From assembly GCA_005222975.1 (NCBI GenBank), contig NJBI01000016.1, positions 1 to 55,734 of the forward strand: a stretch of 55,734 nt of DNA. The letters are read 5' to 3'. The first letter of the stretch is position 1. The number at the start of each line of letters is the position of its first letter. A program made the translations under genes and the position numbers. Positions 48,066 through 55,734 of the stretch are shown here, piece by piece. Under the pieces are notes generated by a model. The model worked only from the letters and a program-made list of their open reading frames with translations. It did not search any database and was not told the origin of the DNA. Source of the stretch: Promethearchaeota archaeon Loki_b31 (GTDB lineage: Archaea > Asgardarchaeota > Lokiarchaeia > Sigyniarchaeales > SOKP01).

Positions 48066-48779
48066 ATGGTAAAAGAAGTAAAAGAAATAGAGGAAGAAGA
48101 AGAAGAAGAAGAAAAGGAAGAAAAGGAAGTAGAGGGTGTAAAAGAAGTAGAGGACGATGAGGAATTCAACGATGAGGCTGATAAGGCCGAAGGAATCGAT
48201 TACAAGATTGAGAATGTTGTAGCGACAGTTGTTGTCGAAATCACAGAAAAAATCGATTTAAATATAATAGCTCGCAAACATGCTGATGTTGAATATAATC
48301 CTGAAAGATTTCCAGGATTAGTTATGAGAATTCTAAAACCGAAAGCAACTATCTTAATTTTCTCGACGGGAAAGATGGTAGTTACCGGTATGCGCAAAGC
48401 TTCAGAAGCTGATAGGGTTGTGGAGAAAGTGTTAAAGAATATAAGAAAAGCAGGGATAAAAGTATCCAATCCCGAAATTACGATTCAAAATATTGTAGCA
48501 AGTGGAGATTTACACACTAATATAGATTTAAATATGGCAGCTATCGTTATGGAATACGCTATGTATGAACCAGAAGTATTTCCCGGTTTGATCTATAGAA
48601 TGCAAGAGCCTAAAACGGTTTTTTTAATTTTCAGCACAGGTAGGATAGTTTGTACTGGAGCAAAGAAAAAAGAAATAGTTAGAGAGGCAGTGAAGAAATT
48701 AAATAAGGAAGTACGCGATTTAGGTGTAGCGAAAAAGGATTTAGGAAATCCAGACTACCAAGATATTACTTTTATTTAA
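48066..48779 (+). CDS. tbp: TATA-box binding protein with an acidic N-terminal extension
   Basis: Two repeats: IENVVA...YNPERFPGL...LIFSTGK and IQNIVAS...YEPEVFPGL...LIFSTGR. Confidence 0.97.
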   Translation: MVKEVKEIEEEEEEEEKEEKEVEGVKEVEDDEEFNDEADKAEGIDYKIENVVATVVVEITEKIDLNIIARKHADVEYNPERFPGLVMRILKPKATILIFSTGKMVVTGMRKASEADRVVEKVLKNIRKAGIKVSNPEITIQNIVASGDLHTNIDLNMAAIVMEYAMYEPEVFPGLIYRMQEPKTVFLIFSTGRIVCTGAKKKEIVREAVKKLNKEVRDLGVAKKDLGNPDYQDITFI

Positions 48780-48964
48780 TAACTTTTATTTTTTTTTAAG
48801 GATACTCGCTTTTTTTAAAGTTGTAATGGTAATAATGCTAAAGCTATCAATATTTTAACCCAAATAATGATTATAAATATTCTTATTACTTAATTGCTAA
48901 ACCTATCTATTTTTTAAAACAACTATTTTGGATTGGAAATTATTGAAAGTTAAGGGCCTGAAAA

Positions 48965-49444
48965 TTAGTCTTTTTGAAACACAATCATAAATTCACAATG
49001 ATCTTTACCTGATTGTAGGCTACAATCTACCTCTTGTGCAAAACAATGATTATTTGTCATTTTTTCAACGAGTCCTGCCAATAAACCTGCTTCGAATGAA
49101 CAAAAGCTTCCTTCTGTTTTTATACCTTTATTAATGAGATCCTTTATTGAAGAATGCCCTTTAAGTTTTAATTGCACAATTTCTTCGGTACTTTCTGTAA
49201 TCTCGACATCGCCTAGGTTAAATTCAGAGATTTTTTCTTTTAAAGCATTAGGAATATTTTTTACATCATCAATTTGTTTAACTTTTAGAATTGTTCCTAA
49301 TTCGTGGCCTAAATAGTAGAAAATAGCTTCTAACTGATGACCTAGAGCCAACAAAGCTCCTACTTTCATATCTCCAATCTCTTTTCCACCTTTCAAATGT
49401 TTCCTCATTTGTACTAAAATTTTTGAAAGCAATTGTCTATCCAT
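48965..49444 (-). CDS. V4R domain protein
   Basis: FCSFEAGLLAG...EVDC...G.DHCEF. Confidence 0.82.
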   Translation of the reverse strand: MDRQLLSKILVQMRKHLKGGKEIGDMKVGALLALGHQLEAIFYYLGHELGTILKVKQIDDVKNIPNALKEKISEFNLGDVEITESTEEIVQLKLKGHSSIKDLINKGIKTEGSFCSFEAGLLAGLVEKMTNNHCFAQEVDCSLQSGKDHCEFMIVFQKD

Positions 49445-49477
49445 TTTTTTATCCTCACTCTTTTTCTTTAATTTGTA

Positions 49478-49774
49478 TTATTCAATTTTTACGGAGCTTA
49501 TAAATCCATAGAGTATAGCGTCAATAATATCTTCCTCTTGGATATTTACAGATAACCTCCTATCTGCCACAATAATTGTTGGTAACGAAGTAATCTTATA
49601 TTCATTAGTTAATTGGTAATTTTTTCCTACATCAATTTTTTCTATATACAATTTTTTTCCAAACATAGAAATATTTATTCTCTTTAACATCTGCTCAATT
49701 GGGAGGCACGGACCGCAATGGGAAGATGAAAAAAATAAAATTTTTGGATAACCTTGCTGAAACTCTTCTAACAT
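49478..49774 (-). CDS. Thioredoxin-like protein
   Basis: CGPC active site, SLPT cis-Pro motif. Confidence 0.85.
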   Translation of the reverse strand: MLEEFQQGYPKILFFSSSHCGPCLPIEQMLKRINISMFGKKLYIEKIDVGKNYQLTNEYKITSLPTIIVADRRLSVNIQEEDIIDAILYGFISSVKIE

Positions 49775-49811
49775 ACATCACCTATATGTGCCTGAAGATC
49801 CTTTTTTTAAT

Positions 49812-50360
49812 TTATTGATCCTTGTATTTTTCATAAAGGTCTTTAATTATTGCTTGGAACGCTTTATAGACGCCATTACCTGTTTTTGCGCTAGTTTTGT
49901 AGTACCCAAGAAAATCTCTTTTATCAACAATTTCTTTTACTTTATTTTCGTATAGTTCTTCGTCATTAACTAAATCAATTTTATTTCCAAATAATACGAT
50001 TGGAATATTTCCACAATATTTCTTAATATCCTCATGCCATTCTGAAATATGCTTAAAGCTACTACTAATTTCTTTTGGAGCATGAGAAAAAACTATAATT
50101 GCGGCTTTGCTACCCTTGTAAAAAGTAGGTCTCATGAATGAGAACTCAGATTGACCAGCAATGTCCCAAAAAAATAATTTCACTGCGCTATTTCCTATTT
50201 TTTCATCATATTTAGAGAACTGTGCTCCTAATGTCTTGATGTACTCTTTCTTAAAACTCCCTTTAGTATATTTTTTTATTAAGGATGTTTTACCTACACC
50301 ACCATCTCCAATTACAGTTATTTTGAAAACGAAATCTTTCCTCTCATCCCTTTCACTCAT
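49812..50360 (-). CDS. Rab-like small GTPase
   Basis: GDGGVGKTS, WDIAGQ, NKID, TSAK. Confidence 0.95.
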   Translation of the reverse strand: MSERDERKDFVFKITVIGDGGVGKTSLIKKYTKGSFKKEYIKTLGAQFSKYDEKIGNSAVKLFFWDIAGQSEFSFMRPTFYKGSKAAIIVFSHAPKEISSSFKHISEWHEDIKKYCGNIPIVLFGNKIDLVNDEELYENKVKEIVDKRDFLGYYKTSAKTGNGVYKAFQAIIKDLYEKYKDQ

Positions 50361-50542
50361 AAAATCACATTATAGTTTTAACTTGAATGTATTTGTAATT
50401 TCTTTTACTTCTTAAGAATATAAATTATAAATAGTCTTTTTTATTTATATTGCTTTTTATTATTAAATGAATTCCTATAAATTGTCCAATATTTTAAAAT
50501 ATTAACCAGATAAAATAATAATTAAAATGTGATAGATTACTA

Positions 50543-51019
50543 ATGGATTTCTTAGAAAAAATCAAAGACATTATTATTAAATTTACAACTAGAGAAATTA
50601 CTTTAGCTATTGCCGAATCTTGTACAGGAGGGTATATTTCGAATATGTTTACCAATATTTCTGGCGCCTCTAAAGTTTTTGAGAGGGGAATAATATGTTA
50701 TAGTAATGCATCTAAAGTTGCGCTATTGAATGTTGATCCTGAAAGCATAAATCAGCATGGAGCCGTATCGGAAACGGTAGCAAAGCAATTGGCATATAAT
50801 ATTAGAGTCCTCTCCAATGTTGACATAGGAATTGGGATTACTGGTATCGCAGGACCTACGGGTGGCACGCTTGAGAAGCCTGTGGGATTAGCATATATAG
50901 GGATTTCAACTACCGAAAAAATTTTCGTGGAGAAACATCATTTTGATGTAGATCGGATAACTTTTAAAGCTAAAATTTTGGAAAAAATCCTTTTACTATT
51001 ACAGAATCTCATACAATAA
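50543..51019 (+). CDS. pncC: CinA C-terminal/PncC NMN deamidase
   Basis: AESCTGG, YSNASK, GAVS, TGIAGPTGG. Confidence 0.9.
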   Translation: MDFLEKIKDIIIKFTTREITLAIAESCTGGYISNMFTNISGASKVFERGIICYSNASKVALLNVDPESINQHGAVSETVAKQLAYNIRVLSNVDIGIGITGIAGPTGGTLEKPVGLAYIGISTTEKIFVEKHHFDVDRITFKAKILEKILLLLQNLIQ

Positions 51020-51160
51020 CTCATCAACACTCATTCTATTTTCTAAATTGGGGTGGAGAAGAACAAAAGATTCAATAAAACCTTTTTCTTTAAATATTAA
51101 ATTCCTAAAAATATTGTATATATCGATTCTGGTTAGAAATAAAGTGTGAAGGTCCTTTAG

Positions 51161-52399
51161 ATGAATGTTAAAAAGATGTATGGAATATTTTTCTTGGTAT
51201 ATTTCACATTAGGAGTATTTGAAGCTTATTTTGTTTTATACATTCCGTTGTTTTATTACGAGATTTTGGCTGTTAATCGAAACAGTTTAGCATTCATCCA
51301 ATTTTTTGGGTATCTATCATTGATAATAACTCCTCTTGTTGCCTATATTTTTGATGCTCATGTAAAATCTGAACGAAATCATAAAATATTTGTATATCTT
51401 TGCGTTATTTTACTATGTTCGTGCTTCTCTATTTTTCTTATTAATAAAAACATACTATTTTTGTATGGAATCTTTTTGGGCGTATATTTTCTTGCCAGGA
51501 TGTTTATTCGTACAATTATGAGTAAGATTTTCCTCACCCTTAGCGTGGAATCGCCAAAAATTAAACATCATATGATATTAATCGTAAATGGAGCAAGAGG
51601 CGTTAGTTTTCTTTTAGTGTCTTTGTTTTTCGATTTAATTATTAAAAATATCTACTCTTTACCGCAATGGGAATTGTTCTTCATGGTTGGTTGGATGTTG
51701 ACGTTACCATTGCTTTCTATAATTCTGTTTTTAAGAAATAACACCATATTCAGCGATCAAAGTTCAAAAAATAATATTAAAGATATTGAAGTCAAAAATA
51801 TAAAAAAAATGAGCCAGAAAAGGGTTTTATGGTTTGTTATTTTCTTGTATATTGCGTTCTTTTTAGCGTCTTCAGATTTAATCTTTTTATCGTTAGTTAG
51901 TTCGTGGGTTTTAACGAGATATAATGAGTTTTCGCTAAGAATTTTCTTTTCCTTATATTACGTGATATCGATATTTGCACTTCTTGGATATTACATTGCT
52001 TCAAAAATAGCTAAAAGGATAAGTAATATTTTTCTACTCTTTGTTTTTTGTTGCTTCTATTTATTTTTCCTTGTTCTCTTACCGTTCTCAAATTTCCCAA
52101 TGTTTTTAGTGATTCAATGTGGTCTTGCATTTGCAGGTTATATAGCTAATTATATGTACGTCTCTATCGCTCAAACTATTTCAGTGAAGACGCGATATAA
52201 AACTTTTGTGTATCAGCTAATATTAACATGCCAATCAATCGCAAATATTGTGTTTGCTCCTATAGGAACATCCCTATCTGCTTATATCAGTGTGGAAATG
52301 TTAATTTTTCTTTCTTCAATCTTTCTTGCTTTTTCTTGCGGAATTCAGTTAATTCTCGTATTGGTAAATAAAATCAAACAAATTAAAGAATTTAAGTAA
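51161..52399 (+). CDS. MFS-like 12-TM transporter
   Basis: 6+6 hydrophobic helices with a central hydrophilic loop. Confidence 0.75.
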   Translation: MNVKKMYGIFFLVYFTLGVFEAYFVLYIPLFYYEILAVNRNSLAFIQFFGYLSLIITPLVAYIFDAHVKSERNHKIFVYLCVILLCSCFSIFLINKNILFLYGIFLGVYFLARMFIRTIMSKIFLTLSVESPKIKHHMILIVNGARGVSFLLVSLFFDLIIKNIYSLPQWELFFMVGWMLTLPLLSIILFLRNNTIFSDQSSKNNIKDIEVKNIKKMSQKRVLWFVIFLYIAFFLASSDLIFLSLVSSWVLTRYNEFSLRIFFSLYYVISIFALLGYYIASKIAKRISNIFLLFVFCCFYLFFLVLLPFSNFPMFLVIQCGLAFAGYIANYMYVSIAQTISVKTRYKTFVYQLILTCQSIANIVFAPIGTSLSAYISVEMLIFLSSIFLAFSCGIQLILVLVNKIKQIKEFK

Positions 52400-52903
52400 T
52401 CGTTTTTTTTCTATATTGAGTATATGACTTAATTTAATTGCTTTAATTAGCTACATTACAGCTTCCTTTACTATTAGAAAGCTTGTTCAAAGACCAAACA
52501 TTGCCAGATATTTCGCATCATCCTTACAAAAAAAGAGAGAAAATATGGTTTTCCCGCTTAGAGTTATGCGATAACTCCAAATGCAGGAGAACAATTTAAG
52601 GACAAATTCCTGAATTTGGCATTAACATCTTACCTCAACAAATTTAATGCTACAGTAAACTTATGTCGAATAAAATCGCTCTTAATATTACTAGCGATTC
52701 TATGAACCCTTTCTATAGCAACATTATTTCAGAAACTTTATATTTAAACGTGAAGAAAAGAAAATGGGACATATGAGTAGTTTAAATAGTTTAAAAAAAC
52801 GCTTTCTTGAAGATTTACTTCAAGAAATTGAATCGTACCTCAATTTAAAACCAATTGATTATAGCCTTGATCTAGCCATTAAGGACGAAGAAAAGATTGA
52901 TTA

Positions 52904-54139
52904 TTAAACTAATATGCCTTTCTCCATTATTTGTTTTTTTGTTCCATTTTTGTATTCAACGGTAATATTAGCCTGCGGAGCCGTAACAAAATCCCAATGA
53001 ACTTGTGAAACCGAAGTTCCTCCCATCATTTTATTTGAACCAAACGCTAAATGTACGCTTCCATTTATCTTCTCGTCCGTTAGAATATAACCGATAGCTT
53101 TTGTAATTTCTGGATTGCATCCAATACCTAATTCCGCAACATTATAAGTCCTTAACTCTGGTAAATTCTTCTCCCTGTCAATTTTTTCGCTTTCCTTAAA
53201 TGTATTAATTAAATCACTTTGATTCTCTTCAGAGGTAACTTCATCGATTAATAATTTTCCCTCCTTAAATCTTAAATGAGTGTTTTTAATGATCTTATTA
53301 GTCATTCTGTCTCTAGTGAGGGGACAAAAAAGAGTACCTTCGCCAATTTTCTCGTGGGGTGGGAAAAATACTTCTCCTGCAGGTAAATTCCCCCCTAGTA
53401 AGCCTACTGAAATTCTTTCATCGGAAAGTAAACCGTTATCTAAAATCATAGGGCGATCTTGAATTGTTACCGTAAAATCCGTCCCAAGATCATCTGAAAC
53501 ATGAACATTTTTTGCATTTTCAAAGAATTTTCCCAAGTTTATTGTAATTTCGTCCATTTTGTCTTGAGGAACGCTCATTCCACCCACTATGAATTTTTCT
53601 AATAATTCATATTCAATATTATAATATTTGGCAGCTTTCATCGAGGGCCATCCCGCATAGCACCACTTTTTCCCTGGAGCGTATTCTGGTTTGCCTCCAT
53701 ACAATATGTCTTTCAAAGGTGCGTTAAACTTAATTTTTGCATTGAGTTTTTCTCTAGGGGCGTTTCCTAAAATACCAGGATCTTCATAGGGCTCAATTAC
53801 AATATACGCGTCGATATTTTCGATTAATTTTAAATAATGAAGCGGTGTAATCTCTAAAATTTCACTACTAATGCTTGTGTCTTGGTACATCGTATTTATG
53901 TAATTATCGCTGTTTGATATAATAACGGGAATTCCATTGTTTCTATAGACATTCAGGGCAATTTCTTCTAGTAAATCTTGACTATAAGTACCACCCTTTA
54001 CTAGAATGTTTTCCCCTTTTCTTTGAATATTAATAGCATTAACAATATTTTTAGCACATAACTTAATTTTTTCTTTATCAATCATATTTGAATATATTTT
54101 TTTTCTAATATTAATCTTAAACATCTTAAAAAAAAGCAA
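52904..54139 (-). CDS. M29 aminopeptidase
   Basis: NLPAGEVF, AELGIG, DEKI.GSVHLAFG, VHWD; likely start at MIDKEK. Confidence 0.9.
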   Translation of the reverse strand: MLFFKMFKINIRKKIYSNMIDKEKIKLCAKNIVNAINIQRKGENILVKGGTYSQDLLEEIALNVYRNNGIPVIISNSDNYINTMYQDTSISSEILEITPLHYLKLIENIDAYIVIEPYEDPGILGNAPREKLNAKIKFNAPLKDILYGGKPEYAPGKKWCYAGWPSMKAAKYYNIEYELLEKFIVGGMSVPQDKMDEITINLGKFFENAKNVHVSDDLGTDFTVTIQDRPMILDNGLLSDERISVGLLGGNLPAGEVFFPPHEKIGEGTLFCPLTRDRMTNKIIKNTHLRFKEGKLLIDEVTSEENQSDLINTFKESEKIDREKNLPELRTYNVAELGIGCNPEITKAIGYILTDEKINGSVHLAFGSNKMMGGTSVSQVHWDFVTAPQANITVEYKNGTKKQIMEKGILV

Positions 54140-54323
54140 AAATGATACTTTTAGTTTTCTTCTATATACTCTAACATTTCTGATGAGATATCTAAAACAT
54201 GAAAAAACATCTTTGACAACATTAGATTTATTACATAGAATTGTTTTAAATTAAATATCTATAGGTTGAATTCTTAATAAGACCAAAGTCTATAGTAGCT
54301 TTACTAAAAAACAAATTAGAATT

Positions 54324-54788
54324 ATGGTAATTCGAGAAGTAGGTTTATTATTTAGGGGATTTACTTTAGTAAAGAAGAGTTACCATAAAACTACCTTAGG
54401 AAAAATAGATTCTGATTTAAGAAGCGGTTTGCTCACCGCACTCTTAAATTTTGCTGAAACTGCATTTTCTACGGGGTCTGTGGAGTACTTTCAAGGTAAT
54501 AGATTTACAATCGCTTTCATAAACGCAAACATCTTAGCAGACGACAGCGTAGAACCTGAATTATTAATATCTTACGCAATTATAGATAAGCATAAAAGGA
54601 TTGACAAATATGTGAATAAACTTGTCAATCCCCTATTAATTAAGGTTGCGGAGAATTTTAAAGCACAGTACGAAGGTAAAAATTTATCTGAAGTATCTCA
54701 ATTCAAAATCTATAAAAAAACCCTAGACATTATTTTCGGATCTAATACGAAAAAAGTTGATCAAAAGCTAGCCGGCTTGTTTTATTAG
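54324..54788 (+). CDS. Longin/roadblock-like hypothetical protein
   Basis: IREVGLLFRG...DSDLRSGLLTALLNFAE pattern. Confidence 0.6.
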   Translation: MVIREVGLLFRGFTLVKKSYHKTTLGKIDSDLRSGLLTALLNFAETAFSTGSVEYFQGNRFTIAFINANILADDSVEPELLISYAIIDKHKRIDKYVNKLVNPLLIKVAENFKAQYEGKNLSEVSQFKIYKKTLDIIFGSNTKKVDQKLAGLFY

Positions 54789-54823
54789 ATGTAATCCGAT
54801 TTATTTGTAATAAAGAATGAATT

Positions 54824-55734
54824 TTACAACAAACTTTTCTTTAAAAACCATAACATTACAGGTAGAGCGATAGTCGCGTCTGAAATAACTGTGGAGAATT
54901 TTGCGCTTTGATGTACTTTTCCCCAAGAAATTGCTTCATGTAAAGTCGCTCCACTAAGACCACCCTGTTCTGGACGATCCATTGTTATCTGAATCGCATA
55001 TTGTGCAGAGTTTGGGCAGAATTGAAGCGATTGCATAATAAAATTTTTAGGCACGCCCCCACCAACAATGCAAACGCCGGCATGTTTTGCATCCCAAGCC
55101 AAGTTAACCATATTAAGCATGTCTTTAAAGTGATTAAGGTTTAAATTTTGATGGTGGAAACCTAATTGAAGTGCTAAACCGGAGTCAGTAAATGCAGGAC
55201 AAAAAATTGGAACATTTTTTTCTGCACAAATCTTTAAAATAGAGTTATTATCTGGGGGCAGATTCTCGCCAAGGTACTTTAAAAAAGAACTAACGGACAT
55301 GTCATTATTAGGAATTTTTAGCTGGGATACAAAATCTTCGATACCCTCGTAAACTTTATTTGGTAAGTATACGTCGTAGATTCTATTAAGGGCTTGGTCG
55401 TGTAACTCAGAATCACTAACATCTTTAATGTTGAGTTCTCATTGTAGATGGTGAAACCCTAGCGTTTCGGCAATATCATGAGTCAACGAAGCGCCCGTAG
55501 TAACAAGTATATCAATGAATCCTTCTTCTATAAAATCGTGAATAACTTTCTGCATTCCTGCTGGTACTAATGCTCCAGCAAGCCCAAAAAATTTAACGCA
55601 ATCTTCATTTCTAATCATTTCTTTATAAATTTCGCATGCTACGGCTAATCGCTTTGCGTTAAACCCCGTATTCCCTAAAGATTGAATAAACGTAGTTATA
55701 TCTACATTCTCGTCTATGTTAATTTGTTCTACTT
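54824..55734 (-). CDS. dys: Deoxyhypusine synthase (5' end beyond window; in-frame TGA at 55439-55441)
   Basis: TGFNA, LAGALVPAG, VTTGASLTHD, NRIYDV, PAFTDS, GGGVPKNF, GGLSGATLHEAISWGK, DATIALP. Confidence 0.92.

Noticed and set aside
52400-52907. 500-bp gap with a GAGTTAT-GCG-ATAACTC hairpin and a 47-aa ORF (52764-52907)
   Set aside because: No recognisable homology; a single short hairpin is expected by chance.
480-53462. Short antisense ORFs in the track (e.g. 480-773, 5080-5316, 15170-15571, 25323-25685, 38351-38827, 48200-48469)
   Set aside because: They are shadows on the opposite strand of well-supported genes and have no motifs.
1-55734. Genome-wide reassignment of TGA to Gly or TAA to Glu
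   Set aside because: Many intact genes end at TGA or TAA at their expected C-termini (uvrC, phosphohexomutase, rbcL, tbp).

Overview
AT-rich archaeal chromosome segment, very probably from a Lokiarchaeia-type Asgard archaeon. It carries form III RuBisCO with ribose-1,5-bisphosphate isomerase, TBP, Cdc48, a PSTK-like kinase, a tetraether synthase, deoxyhypusine synthase, three Rab-like small GTPases, and V4R and longin-like proteins. Two insertions interrupt the housekeeping backbone (~7.85-16.8 kb and ~41.58-44.23 kb). Neither encodes a recognisable integrase or transposase. Each encodes a related large GIY-YIG-like/helical-repeat protein split by a +1 frameshift. Each lies inside a conserved host gene that has been restored with a diverged replacement end, while the displaced native end remains on the far side. 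The larger island also carries a candidate secreted self-processing (His/Cys, clan CD-like) hydrophobic toxin with a membrane partner, and an array of three ~72-nt hairpins alternating with small ORFs. Other oddities: a 12 x 35-aa repeat protein, two GC-rich structured intergenic elements, a ~220-aa insert in an ABC ATPase domain, probable ATA/ATT starts, and five in-frame stops all explicable as G->T changes, which may be assembly errors. All family calls come from motif recognition by eye; no searches were run.
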